From Chlamydiales bacterium (GTDB lineage Bacteria > Chlamydiota > Chlamydiia > Chlamydiales > JBDQID01), in contig JBLFWS010000007.1 of the NCBI GenBank assembly GCA_047611865.1, positions 1-39,806 of the forward strand: 39,806 nucleotides of DNA, in the 5' to 3' direction. Made by a program: the position numbers and the translations under genes. This document shows, piece by piece, positions 29,101 through 35,997 of this stretch (its first letter is position 1; each line of letters starts with the position of its first letter). The notes under the pieces were generated by a model that saw nothing but the letters and a program-made list of their open reading frames with translations, had not been told where the DNA came from and searched no databases.

Positions 29101-31309
29101 GGCTACTTTGGCATTTTCTGCGACCCTTGTAAAACCTACATTGTCTGAAAGCTGGAATCAGATGGATAGCAAAATGCGGCCAGACCTCGTTTTGGCGCAA
29201 CAAAAGCAGATAAAAAGAATTGGAGCGGAGCCTTGTCATGCGTTGAGTAAAGCTGCGGACAAAAGCCAGATGGCTATCCAATACTTTAGGCAGGATCTGA
29301 AGATGGCAGCAAGGAATTTGAAGAGTGGGGATCCAAATTTACGTACACAAATGCTTGTGGATTCAGCAGGATTATGGGCTGGGGGAGAAGAGAGCTTTAA
29401 CCTGACTATGGCGCAAGAGGCATATACTGAGCTCTGTAATCCAGCAAGTGGAGCACAGCTTAAAAAGTTCATTGTGTACTATGATACAGAGGCAAAATCT
29501 TTGATGATGTTAAAACACAAAACAGGCTTAAGTGCCGATGAGATTACTCCAGTTCCCTTTGAGAAGCATATTGACACGGGTCCTGATGATTATTTTATCA
29601 TCCTGGATCAAGGCCGATCCACAGGAACTGATACCAAAGCTGTTCAATTTGAAGGGCATCACGAAATACTCACACTGGGACCGGGTGTTACAGAAAGTGA
29701 TTTTCTTCAAGCTAAAGGGCGCAGCCGAATGAAAGATCACTCCTGGTCATTTTCTTGTCCTGCGAGTTTTGCGGAGCGTGCAGCTACAATGAGTAACAAA
29801 AGAGGAGGTGTCGCAACAAATGAAGACCTCTTGAACCTTGTGTTTTTGGAAACGGATCGTCAAAACAACACAGATGATTTCCAAAGTTTTTCTGATGAAT
29901 TGAACAGCCATGTTAGTGCCAAGGCGAGGGAAGTACTGGAAAAGGCTAGCGGGACAATTTCTGAGGATGATCAAGGATTTTTAAAAGGATTCCTTGGAAA
30001 TCAAGGGCCTTCTTCTGAATTGGCAAGTTACTTTGATCTCCCGAGGGAGTATGTTACCACTGAGGAAAAAAAGGATTATTTGCTGAAAAAGTATGATGAG
30101 ATGATAGGGAAGCTGGTACGGATGCAGGAGATGCTCCCCAGCGACTTGCGAGGTAGTGACACTGAAATGGAAGTGAAGAGCTCTCAAATTGGACAATTGA
30201 TGACAACACTTCTTCAGAGAAAGATTCAGAGTATAGCTGTGGAGGGAGGGACCTTTATTGCGGGCAGTATGGGTGTCGGGGCAACTGTGAAACAGCAGCA
30301 GCAACAACAGGTGCAACAGCAGGTGACGGCTCAAGTACAAGTGCAAGCTCAGGTTCAGCTCACCAATCAAGTGATGACTCAGCAAGAAGTGGAAATGATG
30401 AGAAAGTTGACCAAGCCAGCAAGTACGCACATCCTTGCTTCTGATTCAGATCCTGAAGCTATGAGAGCATTAAGAGAGGAAAAATTTGATGAATTTGCCA
30501 CCAGGTATTCAGTTGGATCAACCTATTCTGATGATTACAAAGCTGTGGATATGTCCAGGGTAATTGCGCCGACGTCCTTTGTTTATGATCATGTAGATTT
30601 CGAAGGGGTCGATGAAGCATCACCTCTGATGAAACAAACGTTTGATTTGATATCCAGAGACTTTATGGATCAAGCGACAAGTCGTAGCTTTACGGGATTA
30701 AGAACTGCTAATGACTTTAGCGCAAATCGAATAAATACGGTGATGGGCAGCTCAGGCAATAAGAATTCGGCTGTCGCTGTAGAGATACTTAGCGGTCAGT
30801 CTATTGGAGAGTCAATTAGAAATGCTCTGAGGGTAAAAGGGGTTGTAGATGAGGATGTATTGACAGCTTTACGCGAGGGTGTTGAGCAGCACTTTGAAAG
30901 GATCAATGGAAGTATGCAGATGAACCGCTTAGGTCAAGTCATTAGCCCGGCCGACTATAAAATTGTTCTCCTTAATCCCTATGTAAACATGCCCAAAAAT
31001 CTTGATAAGTTTGGCTTGCCTAAGGGAGCTCAGATTGCAGTATCTCACGCTTATAAGAGAGCGCTGACAGAGGGGAGACTGGGATTAAAATTTGCTACTA
31101 CCTGTCTAACTTGTGGCCGTGTGGCTTGTGGTTGTAACCCCACATTAATGGCCGAACTAGAGGATACAAGTCGGCAGATAGATCCCATAGTTGTTAAAAT
31201 TGGGCAGAAATATAATATTATGACCCGAGAAGAGTTTGAAAATTTGCCTGAGGATTTGAAGAGAGACTCTCCCGATGGTGGGCGTATTCGTCCGATTACC
31301 GGAGGGTAA
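20129..31309 (+). CDS. Giant 3726-aa protein with SF2-helicase-like P-loop NTPase module (DUF3638-like); putative secreted effector
   Basis: Uninterrupted 11.2-kb ORF with QMPTGFGKT, IIDEAD, FSAT, STGTD and QAKGRSR, plus a glycine zipper, a Q-rich tract and CxxC-x4-CxC. Confidence 0.85.
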   Translation: MGDFASGFHNPAFTPAHHTSGASPLEGLGKHAGITEQGHLKLPNGKVHKIEIALAGGKGGVKTLAEVKQLLMNGGRDREWAEISDKLNSMMQEVFDQMEAGDCDNAEGTVIGVSTSKLKGRAGELSNSRNFQKKFARVIELIDGVVTRSLASLPTSLDVHDPSKLPLSSLVDTRRQEGVIQRLASDSDVSTVDSGTSDGEAADAKAALLLEDEERLAEANRQKKNEAAQRAARANALMKKTISARADKLIAERAKADASVKTLDAYFDRKIKVLRTKSSKPGITDFKRRSNQATIQRLGDKRAEFASVRGKEMGTKSLEYFVEAWMDKETWSLVSEETGEIGWDKEMSQIVDDSNVRDGETMNERFLDFIYTELGGSENFESCVLGKEILAQFDKTDGTAESVLGDKWGGAKSEVNDAKTKIGHAATRFTEKRRRAENRVKVNLANAGSADELLPRHASKEKLNGLIQSFNAIGTAGGDLASLEGDIQSLERTARSLKKEIKGDERVRTGGKYNETIAVLNHIIAFSKAGQSGKEQVKEGFRASSFEAVLSSSFHKMIGPSEAYENLKSFAKILDGEQSLLKGETKSSISAKFVEGLKTAVAADSLDDVNDPKGAIRTFNNIQVEALEEILVGEVVAAGGTKVEFSGVSQESHLPPAALHQDANWKTDNIVLRGHLRLTTDAEVTEFKDLSGVNSPFGREGRVSVSRLTEILTDKGIHQDRKMSMLHAAAANIAVAGLSDVGGSVEDLKTAIEDLSRFDRSPVDTEKRQDSLIALFFEGSKEDVSKQAAYPMLQKHLEGKKSLSSAERAMYDHIKTAVSNSNPGTDAFIQIVGRDPLLQSILFTECQKKYPDALRGGDVPQMEVIRSPESTKFHLKFTDGNLSKKDFTLNYSNSGSMAIFDRDDSDKLRKKGSWSTSDIKSLLLEHEPHQAMAIANALGDESATLRSLAESMTSADLRVESLLGFITDIERSPDDAGFYNSDQMELLETLVFQDSVLEKELDRNPGNVKALVDKFTKKALESDPSRKDCMGNGKNRMLYMFFARMSMQLKDRTGMESRSTAQVESGWQDFTPNLKAADVDRKHPSNGAVLEYKTKAQLVLVQAHRLSESDHVDAGQYLDLVDNMRKLNEMPEGQGGLVHSYFSKMIDDAVRDLEALVERPNSDVLEDIFSGGAREKDRLLAPLLELAGSDSNDIRNSNSSDWKSLGMGVFEFKTGGRNYQINVTTGETMVDGKKYSVTERKMLENETYLECFGRQKLTYQECNYQPQIREKEVLEGNLAFYAEEIQSTYDAIVQEEVTQVIDVIHEFINDEIARGQEIGQPLGRDELKGKALQELDRAKLFIVGRDAGDDRGSSENIVRDLLASIDRASGSLSLTGITEKYVAALKTKTLAVNMSEIDEITKFDAQARMGESKESRTLDKRDFTARNSMEKRLANIKNRQKSFHRLKEARYNMEKKSLLTEFRLDKGGMTSEDFKGEMESIMREYGHDTGDYADELTTLLTNHCPGKTLEDCKLVESKFFKNGDYIIKVTPKSVGSDQVDVEIFNNSTLKEESLGAMRESTTTKLSHAAQEKFSLMGMVWEKLLADETKAGEETHGERALRRGGAINEGGKIFAAGSSSFTSGSVDTMGTGWEVVKRGFRREFNFGGVLLGTGEVIGGALLGTAGAVGAALGVVGFGAGKITEASGDLLQASSNTVENLAQTFDVFARTKHVEAEDSRDEAEVARNFQVITSLSGDKFEAFSGVRPNEDHKKQTYQFISRSKCMDSVAEGSEKELLKGLFDQHDPPLKAWVREKPETGLMFKDKHFEIVLRDKAGNSKYTIADGRVYKGDASSTTEAKPLLSAYEDSSVGGALTSELGEFLGDAAENVATKVEAWKTEGYGGKVSMEMQVNCSDTSHVSLIATGVDRTWRCKGEEDYQLVLTQDPDDPIHKFIDKFGLSNDQSLLIFQSKNNPEQKLFYLQIGGEAHKFYASPDGGVQAANREGRFVLAQEYMKTGDFQKASAMLEEPWIDHETKNQTELSERENQILQELIDKPGAGEEGRTSTMRRNLFQAQLAQRKYQATFLMKDAIVPDNRELHSMVSALAKELEGNKRSAKPVKIPKNFRNQLADLSDYFARTCSDIPDSRAIAEKLVPSNDSMWASVSVSGDADIREAYQKEFSATSLLETLLLNPETTIKKGEERGLNADEKEARMAEVRPDRLNDAEWVRSSQELMKSNQGELNAGQRDQVQLYTALKKREAELERAIDAERVSEYETPGGEEALGAVGDRMKVRLEQQLSANKSLSINLQGQLSALASQVSMATGVETDADDLIVMIMHSSPHLKKLSADDQLKIQNLALRYLFVRTEMQQLRLMSGELKTNGLTADNRDKIGEILHSKREYDVDKILNSPAGEIGDRKRLDTLACLFCEFNQGFRLRKDQMGYLKGMLNASSFDREVGRNLDLDLEKRGGTHEERLIVLRETLSSVGRKEDTAKFEALLLENSEKVPPLSEGALREIFLKGEIRKGWLEREGEDETDFAQLAQMPTGFGKTDVFFITLALRNADGNTLVKLTAPDALKSINLGDMNKKLRRLFQNRVKEFTFEAGISKEQRVPYLKEKLALLQSAIKNGHALITSPDSADRPIFALMKQMEDEGNNIGEAYGLLKKIVKLFHEQSIDIIDEADKCSDIHQKTNLVGTTEVNVSKEQMQIMGDVFTAASKIDGAISDKLGYNLETSYHNAGGFKDRILDSYLSETKDGIEMLRQAGEAGIETEDLKRYLTSRRQEDFGDAASFSSFKTKLKSCSSFGKAAYLKSSLNNYFPNSQSNTNRLGSSFDVVHGANRFATPFHNGEPDIGSKFEDPGETAAYTFQAYMQSQGLFSREDNKTAVTDYFVDAIVNRKAGEKLSFLPFQKQAGGTWTEALRGKGDAWQSLGQLADLIEKKVKDGCEDADLIRAQLGSSMSEDPLKSLFNRANTSKDVVLKLVEHVILNEDLKTAPKSYEGNRDHRLSRNGATLAFSATLVKPTLSESWNQMDSKMRPDLVLAQQKQIKRIGAEPCHALSKAADKSQMAIQYFRQDLKMAARNLKSGDPNLRTQMLVDSAGLWAGGEESFNLTMAQEAYTELCNPASGAQLKKFIVYYDTEAKSLMMLKHKTGLSADEITPVPFEKHIDTGPDDYFIILDQGRSTGTDTKAVQFEGHHEILTLGPGVTESDFLQAKGRSRMKDHSWSFSCPASFAERAATMSNKRGGVATNEDLLNLVFLETDRQNNTDDFQSFSDELNSHVSAKAREVLEKASGTISEDDQGFLKGFLGNQGPSSELASYFDLPREYVTTEEKKDYLLKKYDEMIGKLVRMQEMLPSDLRGSDTEMEVKSSQIGQLMTTLLQRKIQSIAVEGGTFIAGSMGVGATVKQQQQQQVQQQVTAQVQVQAQVQLTNQVMTQQEVEMMRKLTKPASTHILASDSDPEAMRALREEKFDEFATRYSVGSTYSDDYKAVDMSRVIAPTSFVYDHVDFEGVDEASPLMKQTFDLISRDFMDQATSRSFTGLRTANDFSANRINTVMGSSGNKNSAVAVEILSGQSIGESIRNALRVKGVVDEDVLTALREGVEQHFERINGSMQMNRLGQVISPADYKIVLLNPYVNMPKNLDKFGLPKGAQIAVSHAYKRALTEGRLGLKFATTCLTCGRVACGCNPTLMAELEDTSRQIDPIVVKIGQKYNIMTREEFENLPEDLKRDSPDGGRIRPITGG

Positions 31310-31482
31310 ACTGCTCCAAGTACTTTAAGGTTGGGAGCTATGCTACCTGCTCCACCCCAAAAATTTGTAGGAATGCGACCGTTTCACCTGACTATGGGAT
31401 TTCCTACTATGAGGCGTGGCATACTTGCTTTTTGATTATATAATTATTGCGGCTCTCTAGTGCCCTCCGCTATAATTAATAT

Positions 31483-32928
31483 ATGGATACTTTTGAGATA
31501 ACGCGTCTTCTATTGCAGAAGTCTTTGGCCTTTATATACTTAATAGGCTTTCTAATTATATTAAATCAGTATCGCCCATTGTGTGGAGCAAATGGCTTGC
31601 TTCCTGCACGTCTTTTTGTTGAGCGAATTAAGTTTAAGCAGGCTCCCTCTATATTCTTCCTGAACTGTTCAGACAGATTTTTTATGATCATGGGCTGGTT
31701 TGGCCTTGCTCTTTCTGTATTCGCTCTTAGTGGTTTATCGGAAAATTACGGATGGGCCGTACATCTGGCGGTATGGATACTCCTCTGGGCTATATACATG
31801 TCCTTTATTAATGTGGGGCAGACCTTTTACGGCTTTGGATGGGAGAGTCTTTTGTTGGAAGCGGGATTTTTGGCTATTTTTTTAGGGCCAGCGAATGTTG
31901 AAGCTCCCGTTGTCGTAATGTGGATGTATAGGTGGCTGATATTCAGGGTGATGTTTGGTGCAGGTCTCATTAAGTTACGTGGAGATCAGTGCTGGAGAGA
32001 TCTCACTTGTATGGATTATCATTATTTAACCCAGCCTGTTCCAAACCCTTGGAGCTGGTATTGGCATCAGTTACCCTCCTGGTTTCAGAAGTGTAGCGTC
32101 TTTAGTACGCATATAGTAGAGCTGATAGTGCCGTTTTTCGTATTTCTCCCTGCACCCATTTGTTATGTAGGGGGTATCCTTATCATAGGATTTCAGGCGA
32201 TGTTGATTATCAGTGGTAACCTCTCCTGGCTTAACTGGATAACCATAGCGGTATGTATTCCATGTTTCGATGATGCCTTTTTCCAATATTTTATGTTCTT
32301 GCAAATGCCTGAAGTGGAGACATCTAGTCGTTTATTTATGGGAGTTCTCGTGGCCCTTTCCACAGTGGTGGCAGTCTTTAGTATTCGGCCTGTTCTGAAT
32401 CTTCTGACGCCTTCCCAGGCAATGAATACCAGTTACGATGTGCTGCGCATAGTGAACACATATGGGGCCTTCGGGAGCATTTCTAAACGGCGGATGGAGG
32501 TAGTAATTCAAGGCACAAGTGATGCACGACCCACGACAAAAACAGAATGGAAGGAATATGAGTTTAAAGTAAAACCGGGGGATGTCTCACGTCGGCCTGG
32601 ATGGATGTCACCGTATCATTATCGGATTGACTGGCAAATGTGGTTTGCGGCTATGGGGAGTTATCAGCAGCACCCATGGCTTCTTAACTTGATTGCAAAG
32701 TTTCTACAAGGTGACTCAGATGCACTGTCTCTTATAGCCAAGAACCCTTTTCCTGATGAACCACCCAAGTTTATCCAAGCGACACTATTCGAATATAAGT
32801 TCACAGAATACGGTGATGAAAGTGGTAATTGGTGGGTTCGTAAACCCATGGGCCAGTATATGGTGCCCCTTTCTTTGGACAACCCTTCTTTTAAAGATGT
32901 TCTCAAACGTCAAGGTTGGATAGATTAA
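31483..32928 (+). CDS. Lipase maturation factor (LMF1) family membrane protein
   Basis: FYGFGWESLLLEAGF, MFGAGLIKLRGD.CW, HYLTQPVPNP, SPYHYRIDWQMWFAAM. Confidence 0.95.
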   Translation: MDTFEITRLLLQKSLAFIYLIGFLIILNQYRPLCGANGLLPARLFVERIKFKQAPSIFFLNCSDRFFMIMGWFGLALSVFALSGLSENYGWAVHLAVWILLWAIYMSFINVGQTFYGFGWESLLLEAGFLAIFLGPANVEAPVVVMWMYRWLIFRVMFGAGLIKLRGDQCWRDLTCMDYHYLTQPVPNPWSWYWHQLPSWFQKCSVFSTHIVELIVPFFVFLPAPICYVGGILIIGFQAMLIISGNLSWLNWITIAVCIPCFDDAFFQYFMFLQMPEVETSSRLFMGVLVALSTVVAVFSIRPVLNLLTPSQAMNTSYDVLRIVNTYGAFGSISKRRMEVVIQGTSDARPTTKTEWKEYEFKVKPGDVSRRPGWMSPYHYRIDWQMWFAAMGSYQQHPWLLNLIAKFLQGDSDALSLIAKNPFPDEPPKFIQATLFEYKFTEYGDESGNWWVRKPMGQYMVPLSLDNPSFKDVLKRQGWID

Positions 32929-32959
32929 TCCAGCACCCTTGTTTAAGGGCGCTGGATTA
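32926..32959. terminator. Hairpin between convergent genes, likely a bidirectional terminator
   Basis: taatccagcacccttgtttaagggcgctggatta. Confidence 0.75.
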
Positions 32960-32964
32960 GATAA

Positions 32965-34077
32965 TTAGTTCGTGGAGATAGCTTCAGTCTGTTGGGAAAT
33001 ATCATCACCAGACCAGTCGGTATCTTTTTTGACTTCGTTGGCTTTGAATTTATTCTGCTTGAGTTCCACAAGGTGAGCATGTGTAGTGAAGTGCTGTAGG
33101 CTCATCCCCACAAAGTCAGACACTCTGTCAAAGTCATGAGCTATCATGAATTTTTCGAGTCCTTCGTTTAACTCATGGGCCATCTTAAAGCCTTGCAACA
33201 TAGGGCCAGTACAACTTTGTACGGTGTGGGCACCCAGCAGCAAGAATTCGATTGCGTCATGAGAGTTACATAATCCTCCCATACCACTAATGGAAATGTT
33301 CTTGTCCTTGAGATTCTCAAGGGCTTGAGCCATTCTCATGACGTGTCGTAAAGCAATAGGACGTATTGCCTGAGAGGAATACCCACCAGGGATAGAGTGG
33401 GCTTCAACTGTGGGCAGAGGCCTTAGAGTTTCGAGGTCTACGCCGATGACGGAGAGAATCGTGTTGATAAGGGAGATCCCTGTAGCTCCATTTTCAACAG
33501 CTTTCAAAGCAGGAATAGTGATATCGGTGATATTGGGAGTCATCTTGGCCCAAACAGGGATTTTTACGACATCGGTAACCCATTGTGTTACTTCTCCTAC
33601 TATGTCAGCATCTTGTCCCATAGCAGCACCCATATTTCTTTCTGGGAGGCCATGTGGGCAAGAGAAGTTTAGCTCAAAGGCATCGACACCAGTATCTTCA
33701 ATCATTTTGGCGAGTTTTTGCCAGGCATCTTTATTGTACTCATCCATAATAGAGGCTATGAGAATACCTTTAGGGCACTCTTTCTTTATTTCTTTGAAAT
33801 CTACCAGCCAATCATTGATTGGTCTGTCAGAAATCAGTTCGATATTTTCAAAACCGATAAGTTCGTTAGTTTGGCGGCTGTAGAGTTTTCCATAACGAGG
33901 TGTAACATTTTGTACTTTTTCAGCTTCGAGTGAAACCGTTTTTGCTACAACACCTCCCCAGCCTTCTTTAAATGCTTTGAGGATGGTTTTTTTATTTGTT
34001 CCTGGAGGCCCGGATGCGATTACGAAAGGGTTCTCAAATTTCAAACCATTTACTTCGATAGAAAGGTCTTTTCCCAT
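32965..34077 (-). CDS. preA: Dihydropyrimidine dehydrogenase FMN subunit (PreA / plant PYD1-like), without C-terminal ferredoxin domain
   Basis: NPFVIASGPP, NIELISDR, ELNFSCPHG, WAKMTPNITDI; no 4Fe-4S cysteine motifs. Confidence 0.92.
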   Translation of the reverse strand: MGKDLSIEVNGLKFENPFVIASGPPGTNKKTILKAFKEGWGGVVAKTVSLEAEKVQNVTPRYGKLYSRQTNELIGFENIELISDRPINDWLVDFKEIKKECPKGILIASIMDEYNKDAWQKLAKMIEDTGVDAFELNFSCPHGLPERNMGAAMGQDADIVGEVTQWVTDVVKIPVWAKMTPNITDITIPALKAVENGATGISLINTILSVIGVDLETLRPLPTVEAHSIPGGYSSQAIRPIALRHVMRMAQALENLKDKNISISGMGGLCNSHDAIEFLLLGAHTVQSCTGPMLQGFKMAHELNEGLEKFMIAHDFDRVSDFVGMSLQHFTTHAHLVELKQNKFKANEVKKDTDWSGDDISQQTEAISTN

Positions 34078-34293
34078 ATCTCAATCCTTATTGTTGTTTC
34101 GTGCGAGGTTTTCTCGGCCACTTGAATTAAAGTTCATACCTGGATTTTCTGAGGCAAAAAATTACAGGAATAATTTTGGGCTAGGGAGATTGCATACAAT
34201 ATTTTACTGTAAAAGGTAAACAATAAAAATAAAACTGTTTGCCTCTAGCGCGAAAAATGTTAGAAATACAAGTTGAAAATACAGGGGTATATT

Positions 34294-35490
34294 ATGGAAT
34301 CTATCAGTCTTGGAGCAGTGGCGTTACTCATTTTGAGCTTTGCCCTTGTATCTTTTCCCATACAGAGGAGTTATCTCACGCCACCGATGTTTTTTGTTTT
34401 ATTTGGAATGCTTGTGGGGCCACACGGTCTAGGAGTAATTGATCCGGATATTAGTTCATCCGTGACGAAATTTGTTGTCGAGGTAACCTTGATTTTGGTT
34501 TTGTTTTGCGATGGAACTAGAATACAAATTCCTGGGACTTCACGCCTCGATCTTACAAGTTTCAGACTTCTATTTGCGGGAATGGGGATATATATATTAC
34601 TAGGTGCCGTGGCTGCATATTTCCTTTTTGAAGGATTGGGGTTTTGGCAAGGAGCGCTGTTGGCTGCAGTGTTGGCTCCTACAGATGCGGGGTTAGGAGA
34701 GGCTTCAATAGCCGACGAAAGAGTGCCTCTCAATGTACGCAATAATATAAACCTCGAGAGCGGTCTTAATGATGGCCTTGCCGTTCCGGTGTTGATCTTT
34801 CTAATGGTCTGTGAGAGCCTTTATGCCGGAGCTAGTGAAGCTCAGTTTTGGTTGGGTTTTGCAGCTAGGGAGATTGGTGGAGGAGCCTTAGCGGGAGTCG
34901 CAGTGGGTTTATTGGGAGAATGGCTACTCACGAGTGCACAAAAGAATAAAACTATTATGCCTAGCTTTCAGCAGCTTGCAGGTATTGCTCTGGCTCTTTT
35001 AGCCTACTCTTCTGCGGATTTGTGTGGCGGGAATGGATTGATCGCTGCATATCTTGCGGGCTTTTCTCTGGGAAATGCAAGGCAGGGGCATCATTCGTCT
35101 CTCTTGCAATTTTCCCATCACCAGAAGGAACTATTTTCTCTGATTACTTTTATGTTTTTCGGAGCCTTGTGGGTGCTACCTGCTTTAAAAGGGGCTACAT
35201 GGAAGACATTCCTTTTTGCGATGCTATGTTTAACAGTAATCAGGATCGTTTCTGTATTATTGAGTATGCTGGGGAGTTCTATGCCCATGAAATCCAAATT
35301 CTATATAGCTTGGGTAGGTCCTAAAGGGATTGCTTCTTTACTTTTTGGGCTAATTGTATTGGAAAATTTTTCTGTACCTCATAGAGAAGAGATTTTTCTA
35401 ATCACCACGGTAACAGTTTTTCTCAGTATCTTCCTCCATGGACTTAGCGCTAAGTTTCTGGTGAAACTCTACGACCAGAAAGCTGATTAG
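34294..35490 (+). CDS. Cation:proton antiporter, CPA1 / NhaP-like
   Basis: LAPTDAGLG, ESGLNDG and WVGPKGIAS motifs; about 12 TM; ATG at 34294 preferred. Confidence 0.92.
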   Translation: MESISLGAVALLILSFALVSFPIQRSYLTPPMFFVLFGMLVGPHGLGVIDPDISSSVTKFVVEVTLILVLFCDGTRIQIPGTSRLDLTSFRLLFAGMGIYILLGAVAAYFLFEGLGFWQGALLAAVLAPTDAGLGEASIADERVPLNVRNNINLESGLNDGLAVPVLIFLMVCESLYAGASEAQFWLGFAAREIGGGALAGVAVGLLGEWLLTSAQKNKTIMPSFQQLAGIALALLAYSSADLCGGNGLIAAYLAGFSLGNARQGHHSSLLQFSHHQKELFSLITFMFFGALWVLPALKGATWKTFLFAMLCLTVIRIVSVLLSMLGSSMPMKSKFYIAWVGPKGIASLLFGLIVLENFSVPHREEIFLITTVTVFLSIFLHGLSAKFLVKLYDQKAD

Positions 35491-35523
35491 TAAGCATTAC
35501 GAGAAATACCAGTATTAGCAAAG

Positions 35524-35997
35524 TCAATCGTCGGAATGGGTATGATCTCTGATCATCATGATGTGGGGGATATTGTCTTCCAGGTATTCTTTTCCCATTA
35601 CCTTGAAGCCAAACTTGTTATAGAAGGAAGCCGCATAGACCTGAGCACTCATTTTTATGGTGATCTTGCCATACTGAGCCTCAATGTTTTCTATAGCCTT
35701 TTCCATGATCTGTCTTCCGCAGCCATAACCTCTAACTTTTGAGGAGGTGGCAATTCTTCCGAGTATGACTTCTTTTTTGTCCTGGCTAAGGATTACGCGT
35801 AGGTATGTGGCAAGGTGAATTTCGTCGTCAAGGTCTTTCCAGCCCAAAAGGTGGAAAGCATCGAAATCGGCTCCGTCAGCATCAAGATAAGGGCAACTTT
35901 GCTCTACAACAAAGACTTCTTGGCGTAGCTGGTGCATGCTATATTGTTCATTGGGCTTGAGACTCTGTAGTGAGCCCCATTGCCATCTTAGATTCAT
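35524..35997 (-). CDS. GNAT N-acetyltransferase, ElaA-like
   Basis: LRQEVFVVEQSCPYLDADG, RGYGCG, MSAQ, YLEDNIPHIMM. Confidence 0.93.
   Translation of the reverse strand: MNLRWQWGSLQSLKPNEQYSMHQLRQEVFVVEQSCPYLDADGADFDAFHLLGWKDLDDEIHLATYLRVILSQDKKEVILGRIATSSKVRGYGCGRQIMEKAIENIEAQYGKITIKMSAQVYAASFYNKFGFKVMGKEYLEDNIPHIMMIRDHTHSDD

Noticed and set aside
30293..30322. CAG microsatellite or phase-variation tract
   Set aside because: Mixed CAG/CAA/GTG codons, in frame; not a pure slippage repeat.
31331..31480. Possible structured RNA or riboswitch between the giant gene and LMF1
   Set aside because: Only short imperfect stems (tatgctac/gtggcata, gtaggaa/ttcctac) with no recognisable family; could be chance or a weak terminator.
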